A DNA stretch of 58,886 nt from an uncultured Candidatus Saccharibacteria bacterium (lineage in GTDB: Bacteria; Patescibacteriota; Minisyncoccia; Phycocordibacterales; UBA5272), in contig CAZWMQ010000001.1 in NCBI GenBank assembly GCA_964635125.1, forward strand, positions 150,386-209,271, written 5' to 3'. Positions 20,247 to 32,636 of this stretch are shown here, piece after piece. Position 1 is the first letter of the stretch. Each line of letters begins with the position of its first letter. Position numbers and translations under genes: made by a program. The notes under the pieces were generated by a model. It did not search any database and was not told the origin of the DNA. It worked only from the letters and a program-made list of their open reading frames with translations.

Positions 20247-21227
20247 ATGAACTTTAATGTTGTGGAGAGTGTGGTACATATCCCATTAATCTGGTGGTTC
20301 GGGACATTAGTCTGATTTATAATTTTACTTTCTGTAGATTTATTTTTCCATCAAAAAGAAAAAGATGTGAGTATTAAAAGTTCAATTATTAATACTTTAA
20401 TCTGGCTTGGGCTGGCTTCATTATTAGGATTAGTGATCTGACTGAGATTTGGCTCTGGAGCTGGGGTGAAATTCTTCTCAGGGTATTTGATTGAACAAAC
20501 TCTAAGTATTGATAATATATTTGTTTGAGGATTAATACTTTCTTACTTTGCTATACCAAGGAAATTACATTATAAGGCCTTGTTCTATGGAATATTTGGA
20601 GCGATAATTTTTAGAACTATCTTTGTCTTTGTCGGTTTAGAGTTAATTGATAATTTTCAAATTACTTTATTAGTATTAGGATTATTAGTAATAGTTAGCG
20701 GGATAAGATTATTAATAAACAATAAAAAAAGAAAGTTCAACCCAGGTCAATCTAAATTAATAAGATTTATTGATTGAGTTTTACCGGTTAGTAAAAGATT
20801 GGAAGGAGATAAATTAATTATTAAAGAAAGAGGAAAATACTATATGAGTCTTTTATTTTTTGTAATAGTTGTGATTGAGATTATTGACATATTATTTGCT
20901 ATGGATAGTGTCCCAGCGGTAATTGCTATAGTTCGTGATCCATATATAGTTTTAGCTTCAAATATTTCAGCCATCTTGGGGCTAAGAAGTTTATATTTTA
21001 TCTTTGAAGCTTTGAAAAATAAATTCTGACTATTACATAAAGGAGTATCTATTATATTACTAGGAATAGGAATAAAGCTATTAATTGAACCAAGCCATAT
21101 TTTTAATTTAAATTGACTTAATATTAATATTTCAACTAATATTACTTTAATCTTTATTTTAATAATTATTTCAGCCTCGGTTATCGGTTCATTGTATTTT
21201 AAGAAGGGAACTAGTATAAAAGTATAA
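20247..21227 (+). CDS. TerC/Alx family membrane protein, 326 aa
   Basis: GYLIEQTLSIDNIFV, DILFAMDSVPAV, LGLRSLYF; six in-frame TGA; TAA 21225-27. Confidence 0.9.
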
Positions 21228-21251
21228 GGGTGATATACTTTTATATAATTT

Positions 21252-21740
21252 ATGATTAAAAGTATTTATTTAGCTGGGGGATGTTTTTGAGGAGTGGAAG
21301 AATTATTTAAGAAGTTAAACGGAGTTATAAATACTGAAGTTGGTTATACCGGCGGAGAAATTGATAATCCAACTTATGATAATCACGAGGGGCATGCGGA
21401 AGCTATTAAAATAGATTATGACGAAGAAGTTATTAGTTATATACAGATATTGGATTATTTTTTTAGAATTCATGATCCGAGCACTTTAGATAGGCAAGGG
21501 AACGATATTGGTGATAGCTATCGTTCAGCTATATTTTATCAAGATGAGAAGGAGAAGGATGAGGCTTTAAAAGTCATTGATAAAGTAAATCAATCCGGAC
21601 TTTATGAAAATAAAGTTGTAACTAAACTTGAAAAATTTAAAAGATTTTGAAGAGCCGAAGAATATCATCAAGATTATTTAAAGAAGAATCCTAATGGCTA
21701 TACTTGTCACTATTTAAGATCTGATGAGTCTATATTATAA
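21252..21740 (+). CDS. msrA: Peptide methionine-S-sulfoxide reductase MsrA
   Basis: AGGCF(W)GVE with TGA 21288-90; GHAEA; RQGND; F(W)RAEEYHQDY with TGA 21648-50. Confidence 0.97.
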
Positions 21741-21747
21741 TCATTAT

Positions 21748-22113
21748 ATGAAAAAGTTAAATAAATTAAATAAAGAAGAAGAGAGAATTATTATTCATAA
21801 AGGGACAGAATTACCTTTTACTGGCGAATACTTAAGTAATGCTGAGAAGGGTGTTTATATATGTAAGCAATGTGAAGCCCCACTTTATAACTCTCATGAT
21901 AAATTTCCTTCCACTTGTGGTTGGCCGAGTTTTGATGATGAGATAGAAGGAGCTGTTAAAAGAGTTCCTGATATCGATGGATTAAGAATGGAGATAGTTT
22001 GTAAAAATTGTGGAGGGCATCTTGGGCATATTTTTGAAGGCGAATATGAGACTCCTAAAAATATTCGGCATTGTGTAAATTCACTTTCTTTAAAATTTAT
22101 TCCTATAAAGTAA
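21748..22113 (+). CDS. msrB: Methionine-R-sulfoxide reductase MsrB
   Basis: GTELPF, CKQC, CGWPSF, CKNCGGHLGHIF, RHCVNS. Confidence 0.95.
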   Translation: MKKLNKLNKEEERIIIHKGTELPFTGEYLSNAEKGVYICKQCEAPLYNSHDKFPSTCGWPSFDDEIEGAVKRVPDIDGLRMEIVCKNCGGHLGHIFEGEYETPKNIRHCVNSLSLKFIPIK

Positions 22114-22135
22114 GTGATTAAATCAAAAGTATATA

Positions 22136-22207
22136 TTAGCAATAAAGAGTTTTCTGATTTTCAGTAACTATTTTTACTAACTCATCTATTTTTTGTTCTG
22201 GATTCAT
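22136..22207 (-). pseudogene. Truncated 5' copy (23 aa) of the gene at 35493-35807
   Basis: MNPEQKIDELVKIVTENQKTLYC* versus MDPEQKIDELVKIVTENQKTLKKM; 22145-22224 matches 35745-35824 at 75/80 nt. Confidence 0.8.
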
Positions 22208-22255
22208 AATTTATATATTTTAACGCAACCGGAGTGTGTTATTATCATTTAGATT

Positions 22256-25200
22256 TTAAGGATAACTAATATATCCCTCCATACCATTCTCTGCTCTTAT
22301 CTTCAACCAGCCAGCTAATATTTGAAGTATAGATACTTTCTCACCTTGATGGACTTGAGTTAAGACTATAGAACTAAGATTAGGATTGTTTCTAACATTT
22401 AAGGTGTCATTTTTAATGATTAAAGTAGCTAGGGTTTTTTCTGTAGAAGTAAGCGGAGTATTACTATTTGTAATAGGTAGAACATTATTATTAGGATTTG
22501 AAACTTGATTATTGTTAGTAGTGGGGTTGTTAGTGCTGGTATTAGGTATAGAACTTTGACTATTAGTAGTTTGAGTAGAAGTATTACCATTTGTATTATC
22601 TTGATTAGTATTTACTGGGGTAGTGTAATCACTACTAATATAAGCTATAGCTCCATTACTTCCTCGAATTCCTAATCAACCATTTAAGACTTGCACTACC
22701 TCTACTCTATTTCCAAGGTTTATTTTAGCCAAGACCTTAGAATTAGTAGAAGGATTACTTCTCACATTTAGAATAGGGGTGGTGATAGTTACATAGTTAG
22801 GACTAGCTCCTGTATTATTAGATTGAGTATTAGTATTAGGGGAGGTATTATCTGTAGTTGAAGTATTTTGACTATTAGTAGTTTGAGTAGAAGTATTACC
22901 ATTTGTATTATCTTGATTAGTATTTACTGGAGTAGTGTAATCACTACTAATGTAAGCTACAGCTCCATTACTTCCTAGAATTCCTAATCAACCATCTAGT
23001 ACTTGCGCAACCTCCACTTTGCTTCCCATTCTAATTTTAGTTAAGATGTTAGAATTAGTGGAAGGACTACTTCTCACATTTAAGATAGAGGTGTTAATAA
23101 ATACATAATTATGTTTAGGGTTATTATTGTTACCATAACTATTACCATTATTGTTAGATGTAGTAGTTGAACCAGTACCATTATTATGGTTATTATTATT
23201 TGAATTAGAATTATTTGGGTTAGTAGTAGTTGGGGTTGTATTGTTAGTGCTGGTGGAGCTATTATCAATTATTATTGGATTCACCACTACACTTACCTGA
23301 TCACTAGCTGTAGCTCCTTTATTATCTGTTACAGTTAATTGATAAACCGAAGTTCCTTGAGTAAGCCCTGTAATATTAGTAGTAGCTGAAGACGGAGAAG
23401 AGATACTACCACTACCGCTTACTTTACTCCAAGCATAACTAGTGATTGTCCCATCACTATCAGAACCTAAACCATTTAAGGTAACACTATTAGTAGGTAG
23501 GGTGATAGTTTTATCTACTCCAGCGTTAGCGGTTGGGGAGAGATTTAAAGCATTATTCACCACTACACTTACCTGATCACTAGCTGTAGCTCCTTTATTA
23601 TCTGTTACAGTTAATTGATAAACCGAAGTTCCTTGAGTAAGCCCTGTAATATTAGTAGTAGCTGAAGACGGAGAAGAGATACTACCACTACCGCTTACTT
23701 TACTCCAAGCATAACTAGTGATTGTCCCATCACTATCAGAACCTAAACCATTTAAGGTAACACTATTAGTAGGTAGGGTGATAGTTTTATCTACTCCAGC
23801 GTTAGCAGAGGGGGAGAGATTGGAGCTAGAATTCACGACTACTGTAACGGTGTCATATCCAGTAGTACCATTGCTATCAGTAACAACTAATTTGAAATTA
23901 TAAGTGCCAGGGGTTAGCCCTGTAATAGTAGTATTGATTGAATTTGGTGAAGTAATAATACAGCTTGGGCCAGAGTTTTGCGTTCAGGTATATTTAGTGA
24001 TAGTGGCAGGTGCGGTAGCTGCACCATAACCTATTAGTGTATACATTGTTGTTCCAGCTGGAAGAGTAACATTACTACCTGCACCAGCACTGACTGGTCC
24101 AAAAATGGTATTATTCACCACCACACTTACCTGATCACTAGCTGTAGCTCCTTTATTATCTGTTACAGTTAATTGATAAACCGAAGTTCCTTGAGTAAGC
24201 CCTGTAATATTAGTAGTAGCTGAAGACGGAGAAGAGATACTACCACTACCGCTTACTTTACTCCAAGCATAACTAGTGATTGTCCCATCACTATCAGAAC
24301 CTAAACCATTTAAGGTAACACTATTAGTAGGTAGGGTGATAGTTTTATCTACTCCAGCGTTAGAGACAGGAGGAATATTTGAAGTGATAGGGCTTATTAC
24401 TATTGAACTCACCTTATCATTAAAATTATTATTGATTAAACAAGAATTAGCACTTGTAATATTAAATGAGGAACCAGAATAATTATCTCCATCATATAAT
24501 GTTACTTGATAACCAGGAGACACGTATAAAGAAGATATATCATTATCAATCATACCCAATGATAATAAAGTGTTTGTATTATAATTTCCTACTGGTAAAG
24601 GTATGGAATATCCCCCATAATCACAATCCTTATATACAGTAGCTACTGAGTTAGAAACTGGAGGTATATTAGTTCCTGAAGATTGAAGTAGAATTACTGA
24701 GCTCCAGGCCGGGATATTAATTGGACTAGTAACAGCTTGACCGTTTATATCTATGTAATTTCCAGAAAGATAAACTGTCTTTACATTATATGATGGGTTA
24801 TAATCAAAAAAAATCTGATTGGTATTTGATATTGCTATTGGTGATGTTTTAGAATTTGCTTCTTTGCCGGTGTACGTTTTCCAAGTGTCTAAGTTATATA
24901 TACCATAATTTGGATAGGATATTCTTATATAGTTCTCGTTGTTGATTGGTCTTAGAAAATAATTATTGTCCGATGCTGAGAAAAAATTAGAAGCAGGAAC
25001 TGTTCCGCCACCAGAATTAAATGTATATTGTGAAGCAGTTCTGGCAAAGAAAATGTTGTTTGACTGAATTATATTGGTAGTGGTATTCGGCCCATTATAA
25101 TAGGACGAATTACCAGGGGCATCGTAGAAGGTATTATCATGGATATTCAAGTTGTAAGCTCCATGGTTGTACAGGTTGGCATAGCTAGAGTGAGCTACCG

Positions 25201-26656
25201 TGTTTCCTCCAATCTCAACACCAAAAGCAGAATCATCTGCATAAATTCCTTCCCCAGTGCCTTCTGTCTCATCAGTACCGTAAGGAGCGCCGGGACTATT
25301 GAGGATTATATTATTTAAAATTTTAGAACCTGTATAATCTCCGCGTCCAAAATAAACTTCTCCGCAATCATCTTTAACCATACAAGCATAATTTATAAAA
25401 TTATTTTTTACTAAAACATTTTTATCATTGAATTGTATAGCAATATAGCCAGTGTTGGTTATGGTGTTATTGGACACATTGGAGTTTAATCCGGGACCTA
25501 TGATGGCATTATAATTTCCATCTCCAGATTTCCCCATCCCAGCCACCATTCCTGTATCGGATATATTATTATTGGTAATTATTGAAGATTCTGCTCCATC
25601 GAAACCCAGATTGATGGCATCATTGTTAGTATAATTTATATTATTATTAGATATGGTGAAATATTTTTCTCCTCCACGGTCAAGTTTAAGAGCATCTTTC
25701 CCGGAGTAAGATATATCTGAATTGTTTAATTGAATATTGGTATGATTGTATCCATTAGAATAGATGGCATTACTATTTGCTCCGCTTATAGTTAATCCAT
25801 TTATATTTATATAAGAAGTATTATCTTGATTTATAGAGATTAGATTATCCACCGTCGAAGCTTGGACTTGATATGAACTTGGATTGTTGGAACCAAAATA
25901 CACAGAGAGCTTTTTAGAGTTAGTATCATATGCCCAATCTCCCAAGGTAGAAAGAGCATTTATGCTGTTTTGGAAGAAGAATCCAAAACCAGGATTAGGA
26001 GGGTAAGCGCTATTCCAATAAGGGTCTTCCCCGGGTAAGGATGTAAAAGATATAGTTGAAGAATTTTGTGATGTTACAATTCCTCGATTTAATATCCAGT
26101 GAGCACCTCTATATACAACTTGTCCTCCAATAAAGTTAGGAGCACTTGATAAACCGGAAGAAGTAATACTAGTGCCACCTTGTGAATCAACAGTTAAATA
26201 CCCTCCATTACCAGCGGTCACCTTTGGCCATCTACCAATTGCTTGAAAGTTTCCATTTAAGGTAATCATATTCACCATATTGGAAGTAAAAGAAGGGTCG
26301 GTAGCTTGATATATTCCATTACCTATACTAGCCCAACCAGTAATAGTTTTGAACCCAGTGATTAGCGGCTTAGCCCCACTACCATAAGAAGAATAAGTAA
26401 TTGGGTTACCACTTGAGCCAGATCTGCTAATGTTTAAAGTTCCATACCAAGTATCTCCAGATTTAAACAAGATATTATCTCCCGGTTGAAAACTAAAGTT
26501 ACTAACTTTACTTAAAGTTTGCCAAGGAGTGGATTGAGAAGTTCCATTATTGCTATCATTACCGGAAGAAGAAACATAGTAAGTGGCTGCTTTTACTGAA
26601 GAGATTGATAAAATTAAAGAAATTATCAGTAAAGGTATTATATTTTTGATTTTCAT
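22256..26656 (-). CDS. 1466-aa secreted surface protein: parallel beta-helix, beta/gamma-crystallin-like domain, four PKD-like repeats, three SH3b domains
   Basis: Signal peptide; TYYVSSSGNDSNNG..PWQTL; VYKDCDYGG..DNDISSL; NAGVDKTITLP..YAWSKVSG repeats; LNVRS..GW..YISSDY; TGA at 23984-86, 22988-90, 22676-78 read through; TAA 22256-58. Confidence 0.85.
23280..24363 (-). repeat. Three near-identical about 250-bp PKD-coding direct repeats (23280-23530, 23556-23806, 24114-24363)
   Basis: Direct reading; I found only one substitution (copy 3) within the aligned blocks. Confidence 0.9.
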
Positions 26657-26710
26657 ATTTTTATTTATAATACTATTATACTATAAAAATTATTCAAGTT
26701 TGATCTTGTC

Positions 26711-27229
26711 TTATTTTTTGTAGAATCTGATTTTTAATAATTCGTCTTTCAATCTATATGCTCTAAATATTTTGAGATGAATTAAAATATAGAAAATAAT
26801 TATAGCTACAATTATTCCACCCATTACATCGTAAATATCATGAACTTTTAAATATAATCTATCTATAATAATTAATATAAACCAGACTGTTGAAATAATT
26901 TTGAAAATATTGGTGAGTATTTTATTTTTTAAGAAATTAGCTAAATAAAATATTAGCAAGAATGTAGTCATAGCTATAGCCACATGTCCAGAGGGGAAAG
27001 CATAACTAGTTTCATGAATAAGAGCCAAAGGGTTTCTAGGTCTCTCAATTAAATATTTTAAGAGGACAACTATAAATATAGTAAATATGTAATTACTTAA
27101 GATTAAGCCAATTAATAATTTATCTTTTTTAATAAAGAAAAGTATTAAAGAAACCATAGTAATAAAAATGAGGATTACTTTCTCTCCACCAATAATAGAT
27201 ATTAAGTTGAAAAAAGAAAATCAATTCAT
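26711..27229 (-). CDS. PAP2-family membrane phosphatase
   Basis: KYLIERPR, AFPSGH, DRLYLKVHDIYDVMGG; start extended to ATG 27229 through TGA at codon 3. Confidence 0.85.
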
Positions 27230-27288
27230 AAAAGTTAATTTAAGGAAAATGTATTTTATGTTAAGATTATAACATTATATATAATAGT

Positions 27289-29322
27289 ATGAAAAATAAT
27301 AAAATAATTTTACCAGATTGAGATAAAATTGCTGAGATTTTAAAATATAAAGAAAAGGATTTTCAGGAATTGTTAAAGAATTATATAAAAGATAAAGAAA
27401 TAATTTATAAAGAGATTAAGAGCATTAAAAAATCTGCCCGGACTTTTAAAAATACTATTTTGAGATTAGAAAGTTCGGATCAAGAATATGGCAATATTTT
27501 TAATCAAATTGCTAATTATGGTATGACGGCTAAAGATAAAACTTGAAGAGATCTGGCGAATAAGTTTAGAAAAAATTTATCTGAGAAAGTTATAGAGTTA
27601 GAATATGATAAAGAGATTTATAAAGCTGTAATGGATTATAAAGATGGTAATTATAAAAAAGAGAAAAGTTATTTAGATAAAGTTTATGGTACTGGAAGTC
27701 AAAAGTTATTTATAGATTTATTAAAAGTTTATAAGAGAATGGGATTTAATTTACCAGCCAATAAGCAGAAAAAATTAAAAGAAATAATTAAGAAATTATC
27801 AAAATCATCTCTTGATTTCTCTAAGAATATTTCTGAATATAAAGATTACATATTATGTAGTGAGAGTGAGATTGAAGGATTACCAGAGAATTTTGTTAAA
27901 ACCTTAGAGAAAGTTGATGGTAAATATAAGATTACTTTAGATTATCCGATTCTTCATCCATTTTTAACTTATGCTAAAAGTAGACCTAAAAGAAAAGAGA
28001 TTATTGATAAGAATTATAAAAAAGGTGGTAAAGAAAATTTAAAAATCTTAACTCAAATAATTAAATTAAGAAATGAGTTAGCAAAACTTTTAGGATTCAA
28101 GAATTTTGTTGATTATAATTTAGAGAATAGAATGGCAAAGAATGAAGTTAAAGTTAGAGGATTTGTTGAAGGACTTATTAAGAAATTAATTCCCGTAGCT
28201 AAAAAAGATTTAAAAGAGTTAAATGAATTTGCTAAGAATAATCTTGATAATTATAAAGATATTAAGGAGATTGATTATTATGATATTTCATATGTAGCGA
28301 ACAAATTAAAAGAAAATAAATATAGTTATGATAGTAGTAAGATTAAAGAATATTTCGAATTAGAGAGAACTTTGAAAGTAATGTTTGAGATATTTGGAGA
28401 ATTGTTTGATTTCGTAGCAACCGAAGTTAAAGACAAAAATATTTTAAAGATTAAAGTTTATAAAGAGGTAAAGATATATGAGTTTAAAGATAAGACTTCT
28501 TCAGAAATAATTTCTTATTTAATTTTAGATCTTTTCCCAAGGGATGGTAAATATGGACATGCATGCAGCTCAGAATTTATTTTCCCAGAAATGAGAAATG
28601 ATAAAAGAGTTATTCCAATTAATCAACTAATTTGTAATTTTAGTAAAGGAAATAAAAAGATACCAAGCTTATTAACACTTGGAGAAGTAGAGACTTTATT
28701 TCATGAATTAGGGCATGGGCTGCATTTTATGTTTGGGAAGAATAAATATATTTCCCAATCTGGATTTGGAGTGGTGTTTGATTTTGTGGAGACACCTAGC
28801 CAAATGTTAGAGAACTTTTTATTTGAAGAAAATAATTTAAAAAAATTATCTAAACATTATCAGTCTGGCAAAAGTCTAGATAGAGCAATAATTCAGAAAA
28901 TAATTAAAGGGAAAAACTTCTTAAACGGCTATAGTTATCTAAGACAAAATCTTCAAGCCTTATATGACCTGGATATACACTCTAATAAAGTGAAGAGTCA
29001 GGATTTAGCCAAATACTTTATTGATTTAATTAAAAAATATAATGGATTTATTTTACCTAAAAATAATATTTTTCCAGCTGGCTTCGGACATCTGACTGAT
29101 TATGCTGCCGGATATTATTCATATATGTGAGCTTTAGTATATGCAGATGATTTCTATTCTGTATTTAAAAATGCAAAAAATAAAAAAGAATTAAAAGAAA
29201 TAGGAAAGAGATATAGGGAAGAAATCTTAGAAGTTGGTGGATCTCGGGACGAGATGATTTCGGTCAAGAAATTCCTAAAGAGGAATCCTAATAATAAAGC
29301 TTTTCTTGAAAATTTAAGATAG
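27289..29322 (+). CDS. M3-family oligopeptidase, 677 aa
   Basis: LDLFPRDGKYGHA, FHELGHGLH, DFVETPSQ, GYYSYM(W)A; TGA 27319-21, 27544-46, 29128-30. Confidence 0.92.
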
Positions 29323-29454
29323 CCAAAGAAAATATTTTATGTGAGGGCTAAAATAATAACAAAACTTGCTCAGAATTAGTTTTTGTGATATTATTTAGAT
29401 TAATTTTAGGCCTCTCGCGCTTATTTTTTATACTTAAAAATTATTAATAAATAT

Positions 29455-31272
29455 ATGAATCAAGAATATACTGAGATTAGAAATATAGCTATTATTGCCC
29501 ATGTGGATCATGGTAAGACTACTCTAACTGATGCTTTAATGAAAGAATGTGGAGTATTAGAAGAAGGGTTTTCAATGGATACGGATCAATTAGAAAAAGA
29601 AAGAGGAATTACTATTTATGCTAAAAACACTTCAATTATATATAAAGGAGTAAAGATAAATATTTTAGATACTCCAGGGCATGCTGACTTTGGTAGTGAA
29701 GTTGAGCGAGTGCTTCGTTCGATTGATTCAGTTTTGTTATTGGTAGATGCCCAAGAAGGCCCAATGCCACAGACTAGATTCGTTTTAAAAAAGTCGCTTG
29801 AGTTAGGACTTAAGCCAATTGTGGTGATTAATAAGATTGATAAACCAGCTTCAGATATTGAGCGAGTTCATGATGAAGTATTTGAATTATTTTTAGAATT
29901 AGGGGCAAGCGATGAGCAGTTAGATTTCAAAACTATCTATGCAATTGGAAGACAAGGAGTCGCTATGAGCAACCCTCTTGATGAAAAGAAAAATTTAGAA
30001 CCATTATTAAATATGATTATAGAAAATGTTCCTAAAGCTAGTGGTGAAATTAGCAACTCTTTGGTGGCTCAAGTATTTAATTTAGCTTATGATAATTTCT
30101 TAGGAAGAATGGCTATCTGTAGAATGTATGATGGAGAAATGAAAGTCAATGAGAGTATTTTGGTGAAAGATCCATTTACTAATAAGATAAGCTCTGGCAA
30201 GATTACTAAGATTTATACTTTTATTGGAGTTAAGAAAGTTGAAGTTGAAATTGCTAAGGCCGGAGATATTGTGATGGTGGCCGGATTTCCGGATATCTTT
30301 ATTGGAGAGACTTTTATTAAGAATGAGTCTCAAGAGGCGAAGCCAGCTATACATATTGATGAGCCAACTATCTCACTAAATTTCTTAGTAAATGATTCTC
30401 CATTTGCCGGGCGAGAGGGTAAATATGTAACTTCAAGACAGATTCGAGAGAGATTAGAGAAAGAACTCGAAGTGAATGTTGGACTTAAAGTAGATTTTGA
30501 TAGTAACGATAAATATTTAGTTTATGGTCGAGGAGAAATGCATATTGCGGTCTTATTAGAAAATATGCGACGAGAAGGATATGAATTACAAGTTTCTCAG
30601 CCTCAAGTTATTATCCATGAAATTAAAAATGAGAAAGGTGAAGTTGTTAGTAAAGAAGAGCCATTTGAAGAATTAGTAATTGATACTCCAACTGAATTCT
30701 CTGGAGTAATTATGGAAAAGATTGGGAGAAGAAAAGGCTTAGTTACTGATATGAGTGAGCGAGAAGGTATTACTAGGATTAAAGCCGAGATACCAACTCG
30801 AGGGTTACTTGGTTATCGAGGAGAGTTTATTATTGATACAAAAGGACTTGGAATATTATCGTCCAGATTTATAAAGTTTGCCGAGTATGCCGGTAGTATT
30901 CAGAAAAGATTAGTTGGCTCAATGACTAGTATGGAAAATGGGAAAGCTTTAGGATTTTCTCTTTGGAATTTGCAAGATAGAGGAACTTTATATATCGGTC
31001 CAGGAGTAGAAGTATATGCTGGAGAAATAATTGGTAATACTAGTAAAGGTGAAGAAATGGTGGTTAATCCAACTAAAGGTAAGCAATTAACTAATATGCG
31101 AGCTAGCGGTGCGGATGAAGCAATTAACTTAGTGCCAGCTTGAGAATTATCTATTGAGCGAGGACTAAGCATTATTAATGATGATGAATATTTAGAAATA
31201 ACTCCAAAGAGTGTCAGATTAAGAAAGCAGATCTTAGATGAAGGGATGAGGAGTAAAGCTAACAGGAAATAA
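29455..31272 (+). CDS. typA: Ribosome-associated GTPase TypA/BipA
   Basis: AHVDHGKTTL, DTPGHADF, GRGEMHI; TGA 31141-43 read through into ELSIERGLSIINDDEYLEITPKSVRLRK. Confidence 0.97.
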
Positions 31273-31325
31273 TAGCCACAAGAGTATTTTTATTTATATA
31301 GATTTTCTTTGGTATAATATTTTAT

Positions 31326-31898
31326 ATGAATAAAAATATAAATAACTCTATACAAAGAATATTACAGGATAATGAAAAAATTATTTGATATGGTAAGCCA
31401 GATTTATTTTCTATGTTTTTTTCGAGTATATTACTCTTTATACTATTTTTTGTTTCACTATTAATATCAATTTCTCTTTTTAAATATATCTCATTTCTAT
31501 CAATATTAATATATATACCTTTTATTCGCCCTTTTATTAATTTTTTAAATGGTTGTCTATCAAGGTATTGTATAACTAGTATGAGGATTATAATGAAAAC
31601 AGGAATTATTGGAGATGACATATCTTCGGTTTATTTTGATAATATTATAAATATATTTGTAAAGGTAGGCTTGGTAGGAAAATTATTTAATTCTGGGATA
31701 TTAATTGTAAGTTCTAGAGCAGTTGTAGATACTACTTTTATTTATATAAAAAAACCATATGATATTTCTAAGACTCTACAAGAGATATTAAATGATAGGA
31801 AAAATGCACAGTATTCTGGTAGAAAAGATTTAGAAGATAATCATGAAGATTATTCTAATTTTATAAAAGAAGTGGAAAGAATAAAAAAAGATATGTAA
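31326..31898 (+). CDS. Membrane protein with bacterial PH-like domain
   Basis: LQDNEKII(W)YGKP, two TMs, YCITSMRIIMKTG; ATG 31326, TGA 31386-88. Confidence 0.65.
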
Positions 31899-31923
31899 TT
31901 TTTCATGATATAATAATTTTATT

Positions 31924-32577
31924 ATGAAGCATGTAAGGACAAAAAGAAAACCAAATAAAAAAAATATTGGGAATATTGTTTTTGCAATTATTTTTGTGTT
32001 TGTATGCATGTCATTATTGATAACGGTTAGTAATTTTACTAAGAAAAATAGAGAGGATATAAGTTATGCTAAAAATAACACTAATTTAAAAAAAGACTCA
32101 GAGGTTGTGAAGTTAGTTAAAGACGATGTTGATAACAATCAAAATAGCTCTTGAGTATTAGATAATGATGGTCTATTAATGACTAATAGTGGAGATGAGA
32201 TATTTACTCAATTAGCTAAGACTGAATTAGAGAAAGAGATTGGTTTATCTGGACGAGATCAATTAAAGGTTTATAAAGATAAGAATAATAAAATTATTAC
32301 CGAAGGAATGTTATTTGATTTCGGGAAAGACACCACGATGAATTTCTGAATGAAAGATATGAATTTCAACTTAGACATGATCTGGCTTGATAGTAATTAT
32401 AAGATTGTACATATTGAAAATAATGCTAAAGCAAGTTCCTATAATCCAAGTAATCCCGACTCATCAAAAACTTTTACTAATAGTTCAGACTTAGCTAGAT
32501 ATGTCTTAGAAATTAACTCTGGCTTAGCTAAAGAAATGAATTTAAAAGTTGGAGACAGATTAATTAAGAAATATTAA
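31924..32577 (+). CDS. Membrane-anchored DUF192 protein
   Basis: GLSGR, GMLF, F(W)MKDMNFNLDMIW, YVLEINSG; TGA 32152-54 and 32347-49. Confidence 0.9.
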
Positions 32578-32636
32578 TAAAATTTATCTTTAAGTTATCT
32601 TTTTAACTTAAAATATGATATATTTTAAGAAATTAT

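Noticed and set aside
21288-21290. UGA read as Gly (table 25) or selenocysteine
   Set aside because: Context is GCF-x-G in MsrA and D-x-CISRQ in ValRS, where x is invariant Trp; sites do not correspond to Cys or Gly positions
23280-24363. CRISPR array or diversity-generating retroelement
   Set aside because: Repeats are about 250-bp in-frame protein domains with no unique short spacers, no adenine-specific differences and no cas or reverse transcriptase gene in the window
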